Assembly: GCA_951406725.2 (NCBI GenBank)
Contig: OX597825.1
Location: 17,732,001 to 17,796,000, forward strand
Reading direction: 5' to 3'
Source of the DNA: Octopus vulgaris
Lineage: Eukaryota
Length of the DNA: 64,000 nucleotides
Part shown: positions 1-14,064 of the stretch, in pieces
Layout: each line of letters starts with the position of its first letter
How positions within the stretch are numbered: position 1 is the stretch's first letter
Program-made: the position numbers and the translations under genes
Notes under the pieces: model-generated
What the model saw: the letters and a program-made list of their open reading frames with translations, nothing else
Database searches by the model: none
What the model was told of the DNA's origin: nothing

Positions 1-146
1 GGGATCACCACCATCCCCTGCCGGAGCCTCGTGGAGCTTCAGGTGTTTTCGCTCAATAAACACTCACAACGCCCGGTCTGGGAATCGAAATCGCGATCCT
101 ATGACCGCGAGTCCGCTGCCCTAACCACTGGGCCATTGCGCCTCCA
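1..146 (-). mobile_element. tRNA-derived SINE, family A head (cut by window edge)
   Basis: Reverse complement reads TGGAGGCGCAATGGCCCAGTGGTTAGGGCAGCGGACTCGCGGTC...TTCGATTCC (pol III A/B boxes); near-identical to 40192-40340. Confidence 0.9.
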
Positions 147-254
147 TAAACTATGTATGTGTGTGTGTGTAAAGATTAGTGCCTTTGATAAACAAACTCT
201 TTTATTCTCTCATCATATGTGTCAATTCATTGTTTCACTGTCTATTCGATATCT

Positions 255-632
255 TTTATTTGGTTCAGTCAATATCACTGCGGCCATACTGGAGCACCGC
301 ATTTAGTCGAAAAAATCGACCACAGGAATTATTCTTTGTGAGCCCAGTAATTATTGTATCGACCACTTTTGCCAAACCGCTAAGTTACGGGGATTTAAAC
401 ACACCAACATCTGTTGTCAAACGATGATATGGGAACAAACACAGACACACAAACAAACTCACACGCATATACGACGGGCTTCTTTCAGTTTCCGCCTAAC
501 AAATTCGCTCCTAAGGCTTTGGTCGGCCCGATGCTACAGTAGAAGACACATGCCTAAGGTGCCACGCAGTGGGACTGAACCCTTAACCATGTGGTTAGGA
601 AGCAAGCTTCTTACCACACAGCCACTCCTGCG
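255..632 (-). mobile_element. SINE family B (tRNA-like head, internal microsatellite segment)
   Basis: Reverse-complement match to the copy at 991-1390. Confidence 0.85.
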
Positions 633-749
633 TCTATTTGCAATCTATCAATATATTATTTTCCCTTCCATCTTCTTTGTTTTCTCTACTTTCATATAAC
701 AAAATGTCTTTCTGCTTTCCTTTTCCATTTTATATCTAAAACAAAAAAC

Positions 750-1420
750 TTGTCAGTCCGCCTCATAGCGCCGGCGGACACAATAGAAGAAAGCGTTGCT
801 CCGGAAGACGGCGAGGAAGACGCGCTGGAACAGAGGGATCGATCTTGCGGATAGCCATCTCTGCCCCAATGGCAATGAATTGAGATATATTCCAGGGCTG
901 AGAACGCCAGAGGTCTCCATTGTCATATGCTCGACCACAAATGTGTCAGAGAGTGAAAATACACAAATAGGATAAAGTGATTGAACTTAATAGGAGTGGC
1001 TGTGTGGTAAGTACCTTGCTTATGAACTACATGGTTCCGGGTTCAGTCCCACTGGGTGGCACATTGGGCAAGTGTTTTCTACTACAGCCTTGGGCCGACC
1101 AAAGCATTGTGAGTAGATTTGGTAAACGGAAACTGAAAGAAGCCCGTCGTATATATCTATGTATATATGTATGTGTGTGTGTGGATTTGTGTGTCTTTGT
1201 TTGCCCCCCCCCGCAACATCGCTTGACAACCGATGCTGGTGTGTTCACGTCCCCGTAACTTAGCGGTTCGGCAAAAGAGACCGATAGAATAAGTGCTAGG
1301 CTTACAAACAATAAGTCCTAGGGTCGACTTGCTCGACCAAAGGCGGTGCTCCAGCATGGCCACAGTCAAATGACTGAAACAAGTAAAAGATTAAATGGTC
1401 CCAAATACTGACACGCGTAC
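750..1420 (-). pseudogene. Possible decayed LINE reverse-transcriptase fragment interrupted by a SINE
   Basis: Minus strand gives an SVLGPL-like motif (frameshifted, ~1394-1410) and a YPQDRSL motif resembling YADD (~835-853); GC-richer than flanks. Weak. Confidence 0.3.
991..1390 (+). mobile_element. SINE family B, near full length
   Basis: TAGGAGTGGCTGTGTGGTAAG...GGTTCAGTCCC head, TTGGGCAAGTG body, internal (TA)n(TG)n, GGCGGTGCTCCAGCATGGCC...GAAACAAGTAAAAGA tail; about 15 copies in the window. Confidence 0.9.
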
Positions 1421-1573
1421 CTTCCCACACGCAGCGATGATAATGACACTAACAATAAAAAAGAAAAAATGAACGTTTCCCTACTCACAGCCTTCGCAGA
1501 GTACACACAACACACATTTCAACAACCACCCACACACATAGTCAGAACACCATCTTTAGTCTTGGTCATAGAA

Positions 1574-1644
<71 letters not shown>

Positions 1645-1807
1645 GTTATTTTGTGACTCACGTGGTAAAAAGTTCTGGAGGGAAATACGAATTCACTTGT
1701 CTATATAAATGTGGATATGCTGATTAGGTTCTGTATGTTCCGACGTCGCTTGATCGGAAATATAGGAGGTATGATTTCCTAGCATTTCTAGATTTATTTA
1801 TCGGAAT

Positions 1808-1865
1808 ATTATGTTGACGAAGGAAATGAATCTTTGATTCTAATCCTGAAACGTGCGTCCATAAT
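1808..1865 (+). ncRNA. Type I hammerhead ribozyme motif (C3U variant)
   Basis: ATTATG-TTGACGA-AGGA.aat.GAATC.ttt.GATTC.taa.TCCT-GAAA-CGTGCG-TC-CATAAT. Stem I is a perfect 6 bp; predicted GUC cleavage after 1859. Confidence 0.75.
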
Positions 1866-2366
1866 TGACCGTGGACCGTTTGATTTCGTTATTTTTCTTC
1901 TGTTTTTGCCATATAATGAGTTACAAATACTGTTGTCTGTGGAGACATATTTTTGCAGTAAAAGGAAATAGCAGTCCTCTGGGTGCTATTTCTAAAACTT
2001 TCGGTATGTGGTCAAGCAACTTGTTGCAAAGACCCTTATTGTTATATATTTATATATATATATACCATGCGCGCACAAACGTGTATTTACACACGCCTAA
2101 GTACATGCGTTCACTAACTCACATACACACACAAACGCACGCACACACAGATACAAAATATTTGTTTCACATTTTCACTCCCTTTTATCCTGTCACAATC
2201 TGAAAAAGTAGAAAACAAACAAACATTTAGTATTAAGGACATCTCATTGATGAGGTCTCAAATGGTAACTAAAACACGCTGACGAACCGAGCTGATTGAT
2301 TAGATCAACCCGCCGATTAATCAAGTCATCTATTTGTTAATTAGCAGAATAGTCAACAAGTTGAAT

Positions 2367-2393
2367 AATAATAATGTTAACAACAACAACAAC

Positions 2394-2457
<64 letters not shown>

Positions 2458-2790
2458 GCCCTGATCCAGTACCAGACAGTTGCTCTCATGGCTACTGATC
2501 TTAACTGATTGGAAGTGTTATCGTGTACATTGTTTTGTCTTGGTATAAAAGATGGGCTACAGCAAATATTCTGTTCAATACCACAGATTTGCTTGTCAGT
2601 TTGACCTTAACCAGTTGACCATGTCCCTTAGTGACTGACGATATGTGCATCTCTGATCACGTGCAGAAATAGTGGGGGAGCATCATAGCCATGTGTTGAG
2701 GGGGATTCTTTGGGGTTCGGATAATTCACATTTGGAAACGTGGGTGGTTCGTTCAACATTCTTAAACGATCCTTATTCAGGGAGCTTTTG
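2367..2790 (-). mobile_element. 3' end of a non-LTR retroelement with (ATT)n tail
   Basis: Non-coding block 2457-2790 abutting an (AAT)n tract at 2367-2456, the layout of a LINE 3' UTR plus trinucleotide tail on the minus strand. Confidence 0.5.
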
Positions 2791-2792
2791 AG

Positions 2793-2961
2793 CTTACGTA
2801 CCACATGGTTCCGGGTTCAGTCCCTCTGCGTGGCACCTTGGGCAAGTGTCTTCTACTATAGCCTTGGGCCGACCAAAGCCTTGTGAGTGGATTTGGTCGA
2901 CAGAAACCGAAAGAAGCCCATCGTATATATATACATATATATATATATGAATATATACATA

Positions 2962-3011
<50 letters not shown>

Positions 3012-3240
3012 CGTGTGTGTGTGTGTGTGTATGTTTTTGTGTGTGTGTTTGCCCTTCCCTCAACATCGCTTGTACTGTGTTTACGTTCCCGTAACTTAGG
3101 TATTCGGCAAAAGAGACCTATAGAATAAGTACTAGGATTACAAAGAAGAAGCCCAGTGATCGATTTGCTCTACTAAAAAAAGGCGGTGCTCCAGCATGGC
3201 CACAGTCAAAATGACTGAGACAAGTGAAATAGTAAAAGAG
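2793..3240 (+). mobile_element. SINE family B, 5' truncated, expanded internal microsatellite
   Basis: Matches 991-1390; internal (TA)n(TG)n at ~2924-3050. Confidence 0.9.
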
Positions 3241-3296
3241 TATCCCGAAATGTAACACACGACCTCACATCAAAATACAAAGATGAGAATGTACAC

Positions 3297-3430
3297 TGTT
3301 ATCTGTATAAACGTGTATTTCCTATCCATAGGTTTATTAGTATCACATTAGTATAATTGTATATGTTATCTGTATAAACGTGTATTTTCTATCTATATAT
3401 TTATTGGTATCACATTAGTATAATTGTATA
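3297..3430 (+). repeat. Tandem duplication, 2 x 67 bp
   Basis: TGTTATCTGTATAAACGTGTATT...GTATCACATTAGTATAATTGTATA at 3297 and 3364. Confidence 0.9.
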
Positions 3431-4009
3431 TTTCTATAACATTCAACGACATGACCAGTGTCATATTATTAACACAACGCCAAGATAACCTCTATTTGAT
3501 TTATAATTATATAAGTTAAAGTCTAACTCGAATTTGCGTATTATACATTCAAGTACAATTGTGGATTTCTATTATATAATATTGTTCAGCGTTGCATTGT
3601 CAATTCGCCTAATTGTCAGTTATAATACAAACGATTTCATTAAATTCAGAAAATATTACTCCAGTAGTGACATATCAATAATAAATATTGTTCTACTGTA
3701 ATTATGTTATTATAAATTTATAATAATGCAGTGCAGTGGTAGCTATTTTATAACATATTTCAACCTTTTTGTGTTCAACATGATAGCTTAAGTTGTTATA
3801 ATATTTATTATTTATCATTCGACCCCACGTTCTTTATAATAGATCTCAGTTCTTTACTAATGATTAGAATTGCAAATTCTCTTAGAATATTAATACAATC
3901 GCATATACACATGTACACATGCATATATACATATATGTATATGTATATATGCATACTTACATACATATATATACATATACATACACACACACACACACAT
4001 GTATATATG

Positions 4010-4093
<84 letters not shown>

Positions 4094-4281
4094 GTGTAAT
4101 TTATCATTGTTTACAAATAACACGGAAAAAAATATAAATAGTTACCAGGGTAGCAAAAATTCACATAAGTTCGAAAGATGTAACAACCTACTTATAAAGG
4201 TAGAAATTCCAGGCTTTCGTGAAAATGTTTTTGTATATCATAGATAAATAAATAAATGAAGTTAAAATTCAGATGTTTATA

Positions 4282-4368
4282 CTTCCGACATATGTTTCGA
4301 AGAAAATATTGGTATTATTCCAGAAGGAATAAAACGATGTGAACAATACAATCTTCTCATCAGGGAAA
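4282..4368 (-). ncRNA. Type I hammerhead ribozyme motif, canonical core
   Basis: Minus strand TTTCC-CTGATGA-GAAGA...TCTTC-GAAA-CATATG-TC-GGAAG. Intact core, G-C closed stem II, palindromic stem III, GUC site (cut between 4287 and 4286). Confidence 0.85.
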
Positions 4369-5002
4369 AAGAGAGAGACAAAACGCAACAATAAAACATT
4401 TTAATAGGGACTGTGTGGGAAAAAAAACCGATTTAGTTACATTCTGTGAGCGAACATTGGTGGGCCTATGATCTTTTGAAAACCACTCTTTTGTACACTA
4501 CATGCACCTGATACAAAATCCCCTCTTGTGTATACCTACACGAACCAGATACACATACACACTCAGCAGATTACTCACATACACATACGCACACTTACTC
4601 ATATACAGCGCGGATAATACCCATTTGTACTAAATACATGCAGCCACAGGTCAGTACACACACGCATATGTACACCAACAAACCAAATATCACGTTCCAA
4701 ACAGAGTCGACACTATTATGCTGCCCTAGCAATGGGTCATAGGAATTCAGATTGGAACGCAGAACTGGAATTGCTATCATATTAATAACAGTATGTAACC
4801 TGCGTTGACCAATAACAGTCCCATATTCAGAAACTATCGTGGATTCGCCTCATTCGGCTTCTACGTTTCTGACGAGATAGGTTAGTTTGACGAGCTTTCC
4901 ATAGTTGAAGAGTTGAATGGAATCGAATCAAACTGTTAATCAATAAAACTCCCATCAAATACCTTTCGTACCCCGTTCTTTCGTTTGTCCACTAACCTAT
5001 AC

Positions 5003-5432
<430 letters not shown>

Positions 5433-6221
5433 CATGATGCAATATGCATACAACAGTTATAGAATTTATGACTTACTATAAACATATTCTATTTATTTCT
5501 CTTAAATAATATTTGTTAGACAAGAAATTTTTTTCTACTATTTTTGCAACAAAACCTAGAGAAAATGCCACTGTTCTTTTAATGATGGTTTTCATATATA
5601 TTTTAAAGAATCTTTCAATTCATACACTAAGCTATTGTTTTCATATGTTACATTAGTGCCAGCTCTGCTTTTGTTGGCAACAGAAGAATTCAATGAGAAT
5701 GTGTAACGTTTGAACGTATTTACAATGACTAAAGCACACAAAGACAATTACAAACAAGAATAGCATTTTACAATTTTTCACAATGAACAGAATTTGTATG
5801 GAGGTTGATGGTATATTTAATGTACAGTGTACAGAACTACATACACATGTAGGCAAACTGAAAAACGTATGCGTATATTTACATACATATTCACACGTAC
5901 ACAAACGCACACACAGACACACAGAAACGCACACACAGACACACACAAACGCACACACGTATACACACAGAAAAAACACAAATACTCACACGCATATAGA
6001 AGCGAGCAAATATACATATATATATATATGTATGTATTCATTTGTGTATATACATACATTTGAATGTATAAATATGTATAGATGTCAGTAAGGAAATAAA
6101 TATATGGGAATGCGCAAATATTTGTGTATATATAGACATATACACTTTGGTGTATGTATGTGTGTGCATGTGTATACATGCGTGCGTCTTTGTCTCTTTG
6201 TCTTGTGTATGGAAGAGTGTT

Positions 6222-6263
<42 letters not shown>

Positions 6264-6359
6264 TATATATATATATGTATGTATGTATGTACACACACAT
6301 ATATATATATATATATGTATGTATGCATACATATGTATGTATGTATACATATATATATG

Positions 6360-6430
<71 letters not shown>

Positions 6431-7335
6431 ATATGTTGTGAATAGCTAATTGCGCACAATATTAAAAAAATATACGTATTTAATTGTGAAAATAGAATTA
6501 CAATGAATTGAAAATGTATACACACGCACACAACAAATATTAACATACGTATATGCATACATGCACAAACCGACACACAGACACACATATATACGTATGT
6601 ATATCTATATATAAGTATATTTATGTGCATATATACATATATAAATTTATATATATGTACGTATACCTATATGAGTATTATGTATATATATATATATATA
6701 TTCATATATATATATTTGTATGTAAATATTATAAAGCTATGGATTACGAAATATTTTATCAATATGTGCGTGATGATATGTTCGTGTATATATATGACTA
6801 TATATCTGTAAGTGTTTGAATTCATACGTTTAATTTGATATATTATTTTCTAATCTATTTATTTATTTGTTTCCTAAAACTCCGTTGAGAATACTCTTCA
6901 TCTTCTCTTTTACTTTTGATTTATTTCAATATCATTAAAAGTCATTCATAAATACTTAGTCTGAAGTTATTTAGATAATTATATGATTTTAGCATTTAAT
7001 TGCTTTTACTAGAATATATGTATTTTCGAGTTTAGTTCTTTATTACATGAAATATATCAGATAGCAGTTGCTATTTGTTTTTCTTTTTGCCATGGCTGGC
7101 AAAGTGAAAGCAGCACTAATTTCCTTCTACAGTTCTTATAAGATTATTTCCTATATGTATAAAAGCCACACTAGTTCATGAATTAGTAAAAAGTGGCGAG
7201 CTGATCCGAACGCTCAGATCAGGGTCGTTGTCCAGTCTGTAATCCAGAGTCGTTGTGTTTTTGTTATAGACGGTAATAACTTACAGCTATAATTCACACG
7301 GAATGGGCTCCTATGTTTTATTTTGTATAATTTAC

Positions 7336-7901
<566 letters not shown>

Positions 7902-8170
7902 CTATTATATTTTTTCACTTTTATGGCGGTAGCGACCAGTGCACAGGAGTCTTCCTCACAGTGGACCATGGGCGAAACGAAGTGACGAAGTTCAGCAGCA
8001 ACTACAACATCAACAAGAAAATGGAAAAGAAATGAAGAATAAATATGCATTTAAAAGTATTTGTACTTTTATTTTCTGTGGAGTTATATATAAAACGAGT
8101 CTAACTTTAAACGCAAGGTTTACTCAATAAAGCACATGTGTATTAAATTTACAAGGAAAGAATTTTAGTG

Positions 8171-8206
8171 TCTTTGAACTTTCGGCCCCTCGCCTTCAAC
8201 AGAACA
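8171..8206 (-). ncRNA. Degenerate minimal hammerhead motif (A6U)
   Basis: Minus strand TGTT-CTGTTGA-A-GGC.GAGGG.GCC-GAAA-GT-TC-AAAGA; stem I only 2 bp. Confidence 0.45.
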
Positions 8207-8336
8207 TACGAGTATTTAATCCCAACGGAAAATATAACTGAGATTATTTCTCATAAGCATACTTTGGCAGTTCATTAATTAATATAATATATTAATTTCT
8301 CTGTGTATTACTATATGTGTCTATCTATCAATTTAT

Positions 8337-8403
<67 letters not shown>

Positions 8404-8429
8404 CCATTGTCTGTATATATATATATATG

Positions 8430-8474
<45 letters not shown>

Positions 8475-8481
8475 TGTATAG

Positions 8482-8792
8482 GGGCAGGTGCGACTGTGTT
8501 GTAAGAAGCTTGCTTTCAAACCCAACCATATGGAACTGGGTTCAGTCTCATTGGGTGGAACTTTGCGCGAGTGTCTTCCAATATAGCCACAGGCCAACCA
8601 AAGCCATGTGAAGGGCTATGGTACACAGAAACCGAAAAGAATCCCCTCATATATATGTATATAATTATGTGTCTGTCTTTGTGTCTGTTTGTCCCCACCA
8701 CCATCGCTTGAAAACCGATGCTGGTGTGTGTATATGTTCCCGTATCCTTTGCAGTTCATCAAAAGACACAGATAGGATAAGTACCAGGCATT
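8482..8792 (+). mobile_element. SINE family B, diverged, 3' truncated
   Basis: GTAAGAAGCTTGC...GGGTTCAGTCTC...CCATCGCTTGAAAACCGATGCTGGTGTG. Confidence 0.75.
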
Positions 8793-9326
8793 TAAATATG
8801 ATTTTATAAAACCCCTTGCAACGGCAAAATTCGACTTTTTCTCTCCAAAACGGATTTTCAATGCAAAAGATAATCCACACCAAATCATCCACGGCGTAGT
8901 ATGCATTATTTTAAAGTATTTGTAAAATCGCCAATGTGAACTTTGACTTCAGTTTCAAATGCCGCATGGAGGATAGGAATACGATATAGTATATACAATA
9001 CTATTATTGTTCATTAAGCATGAGCATTAACAACTGGAAAATTCAAAGTAGGTATTTGTAAATAGCAAATATTATATGGGAAAACAATTGGGAAATGAGA
9101 ATTTAATGCGTGGCAGCATTCCTATTCATCATGTATTTTTACTAAACACACAAGTCCTTGTTAATCCTTCCTATAATAAATGGCACGTAAACACACACAT
9201 ACATACATACACATACACAGTACTTATGCACATATACACAAAGAGACAGATACACATACATACATACATACATACATACAGATAGATAGATTGATAGATA
9301 GAAAGATAGATATAGCTAGAGAGATA

Positions 9327-9548
9327 TATTTCTTTATTGCCCACAAGGGGCTAAACATAGAGGGGACAAACAAGGAAAGACAAAGGGATTAAGTCGGTTA
9401 CATCGACCCCAGTGCGTAACTGGTACTTAATTTATCGACCCCGAAAGGATGAAAGGCAATGTCGACCTCGGCGGAATTTGAACTCACAACGTAACGGCAG
9501 ACGAAATTCGGTTACGTATTTCTCCCGGCGTGCTAACGTTTCTGCCAA
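9327..9548 (-). mobile_element. SINE family C
   Basis: Reverse complement of the 45899-46128 family (GAGTTCAAATTCCGCCGAGGTCGAC...CCTTTCGGGGTCGAT). Confidence 0.9.
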
Positions 9549-9613
9549 GACAGACACAAAGATAGATAGAAACAAAGTCGTACATTTATTCCTATCATCC
9601 TTGTCCACCGCCT

Positions 9614-9644
<31 letters not shown>

Positions 9645-10201
9645 GGCGTCATCGTCGTTGTTTTCGTCGTCGCCGTGTCTGTCGTCGTCCTCATTCTACC
9701 CATTATCTACATAAATTTAGTCGTTATTAGGATTATCTATATTTGGTGATAGGTAACGTGGTTCTACCCAAGTCCAAAATCCTCGCCACCCCGAACATGA
9801 AACTTCAAAAGACATGATAAAAATAGAACAATATTCCACAAGACAGAAAAGTAGTTTTGATTTAAAAAGAAAGTGAATTACAATGCTTTTTGATCGACTG
9901 TTGAAAAATATGAGCAATATTACTCAAAGCTCAGTTATAGACTCAATACTGAATTGGATTCAAATCAACACGATAATAATGCCTAGCTGTAAATATATAT
10001 ATATTTCTAATTTAAATTTAAAAAAAAAGAGAAGTTGCGTTATGAATGAAATAATATTCTGTGCAAATATATTCTGAAATTGCATTGAATATGGCCATAA
10101 ATATGAAATTTCAATTTTAAAACGATGATAATATAATTTAGAAACATATGTTCAGACTATAAATCAAAATTGAATGTTATTTTTGGAACATTTGTGAAGG
10201 G

Positions 10202-10307
<106 letters not shown>

Positions 10308-10384
10308 TATGCATACATACATATATACATATATATATGTATATATATTAACGTATGTATATATATATATACATATACATACAT

Positions 10385-10444
<60 letters not shown>

Positions 10445-10578
10445 AAGAGAGACAGAGAGACAGAGAAACATATACATACATATATATGTACACATACTTT
10501 CATTCATACGACCTACCTACTTACCTGCATACATACTTACATACATACATACATGTATACATACATATATACATACAT

Positions 10579-10668
<90 letters not shown>

Positions 10669-12839
10669 GCATACCAAAGGTTAATGCACGCTATTACTGA
10701 ATATTTTATTGAAAGTAGAGAAGCCTAAATAGATGTCTTGATTGACAATTAGTAGTTGTGCATATCTATGCTTCACTTGCAGATTACTAGCTAATATAGT
10801 CTCAGGAGGAATAGCAGCATAAATAGTCACTTGAATACAACATTAGGGAGGGAGTGTGTCGATAGGAATTTTATCATTGAAATTTTTATTTACATATTCA
10901 ATTTTCGAACGTCATCTCTTGTAATTGAGTTACTTTGCAATATTTTACATTCAATATAATTTGATATTATTTACAAAACGAATTGGGCAATACGTTGGGA
11001 GTATGTTTAAGGGCTAAATCTGTTTAGAGGGAAATAACATACTACAAGAAACTCTGTGTGTCTTTGTATGTTTAATCAGTGCTTGTCTTTGTTTAGGGTG
11101 TCTTCAACCTTATCGTGTTCGACATACCAAAACTCCTAGAGGTAACTACCTCATATGATATCTCAATTGATATAGGGCAAATGTATCCTCAAATATCCTC
11201 CTTATTGCACCCGATTTAATACTCACTCTTCTATGCATACATTTGCTCTCACCTCCTTATGGCATTTCTACTGACACTACAGTCCAAAATGGAAGTTGCT
11301 TCAAAGCGATTGGTCCTCTTCTACAACCTTTATTTACTCATTCTCTGCTCAACTGCTCTTCACACGATTGTGATCGAGCTTGCGTCTATACCTGAAAGTT
11401 GCTCTGATAGCTATATATCTACCTTCTGTATCAACAGCGCCGGCTTTCTGGAATTTAATACGTTATCCCTGTTTATCTGTTCAATTTTGGTTTCCTGCAG
11501 AACTTAACGTGAATGTATTCATGAACACATTAGAGTCATCAGCTTCGCCGACCTTGGACGGTCTGCATATACTACAATGGACTCAATACATTTACCCGTT
11601 AACCAAACATTGATGCATTATATATATTTTAGAGAGATGATCTAATTAGAATTCAGATGAAATTGTAAATCATACCACACCTTTGTAAATATTTATGTAA
11701 TAATGGAATAAACTTCATACTTTTCTATTGTATATTACCTGCATCTGGTGACGATAAATAAATTCTGGTATTCAGATTAAAAATGTCAATGAGCTATGTT
11801 ATGTGCACATGACAATAAAAGCCGTAAGAATAATAGGATATGGAAATATATAATGAGTATGCTTCTTTAAATATTGAGAAAGAAATGTTCTCTATGATTT
11901 TTTTTTTTTTGGGCTTATGTTGTGGTAGATCTTGACTGTGCTTTTTGTTGATAATAATTTCTTATATTTTCAACCGGAGATTAGCTTATATGTCCCTTTG
12001 AATGAGAACGGCAATAATATGTGGAAACGAACATGTTGAGTTTTATCGTTTTTGATCTATTCGTATTGAAAACAACAACGCTATATTTATGCCGAGCAGA
12101 AAGCTTATGTTTTGAAAACACCAATATCGTAAATGTTTGTGCAGTTGCTAGAAATTACCTGTCATTATTAATGATTGGAATGACCACACATCCTATGTTG
12201 TATATGCTTAAAAGCAGAGCAAATGCACGGATTATGTCGATAAAGATGTATTTCCTTTCAGTAAACATTCAAAAGGTCGAAAGTGAAAATAAATTTAGAT
12301 GTATTACACTAGACAGAAAATTTGTGCGATACGACACTGTTTGTTATAATTCTTGTTAGACGCTAAGAAGAACAGAAATAATTTATTGTTGGGTATGGAG
12401 GCATATTTTCTAGGTTTCGTGTTTCAGGTGTAGCCCATTGGACATTGTAAAACATAGCCACTACTGTACTTTACACACACGAACACACACGAACACATGC
12501 ACACATACAAATTGACACACACATACACACATTCTATGTCTCTCTCTCTCTCTATCATATACACACGCACACACGAAAAAGTTATACATATGATACAGCT
12601 ACACGTACAACAAAGCCCATCCCCACAGGAGCATCACATCAACAATACACACTTTCCCCACTTCAAGATAACTCTCGCCGGTTTCACAGCATACCTAACC
12701 AAGGGACATAACTCCATACGTCATCACCTGGCACCTTTTTTGTTCCACCACTGTTTCCATAACAATCGCTGACCCGTTTTGTTAATCCTTCTCCGGCAAA
12801 AGAGAGCAGCCATCATATTCCCTTCTAAATCGGCTAAAT

Positions 12840-12919
12840 CTGATGAACGTAAAGTTATATAACCGGTTTGTTATCTGACACTCCAATGTATTCTCTACGC
12901 GAAACCGATTGGTAAGACC
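12840..12919 (+). ncRNA. Hammerhead motif with intact core and eroded stem I
   Basis: CTGATGA-aCGTAaAG...CTcTACGc-GAAA-CC.GATT.GG-TA-AGACC. Confidence 0.6.
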
Positions 12920-12942
12920 AGACGTAATAGATATTTAATACT

Positions 12943-13019
<77 letters not shown>

Positions 13020-13032
<13 letters not shown>

Positions 13033-13240
13033 ATGTCTCCTTGTGTCTGTGTTTGTTCCCACACCGGAGTTGGTGTGTTTACGTCCCCGTGGATTAGCGG
13101 TTCAACTTTAAGAGACCCATAGAATATAATAAGTACTAGACTTACAAAGAATAAATCCTGGGGTCGATGACTTCGACTAAAACCGTTTAAGGCGGTGCTG
13201 CAGCATGACTGCAGTCAAATTACTGAAACAGGAATAAATA
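13020..13240 (+). mobile_element. SINE family B, 3' half
   Basis: GGTGTGTTTACGTCCCCG...GGCGGTGCTGCAGCATGACTGCAGTCAAATTACTGAAACAGG. Confidence 0.8.
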
Positions 13241-13819
13241 AAAAAAAAAAGAATATTTTTGTTGTTATTGTTGTTGTTGTTGTTGTTGCTGCTGCTACTG
13301 TTGTTGTTGTTGTTGTTGTTGCGAATAGTAAAAGTAGTTCATTTATTAATCTTACCACTACTACTACTACAAATACTAACAAGAAAGTACTACTGAAACT
13401 GAGGCTGCACTTACTGTAACGATGTTGATGCGGTTCTGTTGTGACTACCGTTTTGTTATGAATAAAATAATTGTGCTTATAAAAAAAGGACCCCTTAGGC
13501 AACTGTGTGAATAATAACCATAGAAAACAATGGTAAACTTTCTTGATCTTTGATATTTTCAGCAATGTACAAGTGGATAAAGCTAATATAAAAAAAATTC
13601 TTTCATATTTTATATTGACCTTAATGATTAAATGCCGTACTTTGACCTAACTGCCCATTGGATATTTTATGAATGTCCATATTTCATTTCAAAATTAATA
13701 TTTATTTCGTTTATTTTATTTTTCGATTTTCGCAAATGTCAAAATAATATTAACTGCCGTTAAATATAGCTTATACACACGTACACGCACAAACACATAC
13801 ACTCACACATATATATGTA

Positions 13820-13874
<55 letters not shown>

Positions 13875-13999
13875 TATCTGTCTGTATTTGTATATATCTG
13901 TATGTTTGTATGTGTATGTACATGAATAAATAGATATGTATATATATATGTATATATATATATATGTATGTATATGTACGCATATATAAATACGTACAG

Positions 14000-14064
<65 letters not shown>

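Noticed and set aside
4869-4940. CTGACGA-GAT...ATC-GAAT hammerhead-like string (also weak ones at ~2247, ~10122 and ~51957)
   Set aside because: The GAAA/UH or stems are too degenerate to distinguish from chance by eye.
7939-8130. ORF with GPWAKR resembling a neuropeptide precursor
   Set aside because: In-frame stop just upstream, no signal peptide, no amidation Gly, no repeats.
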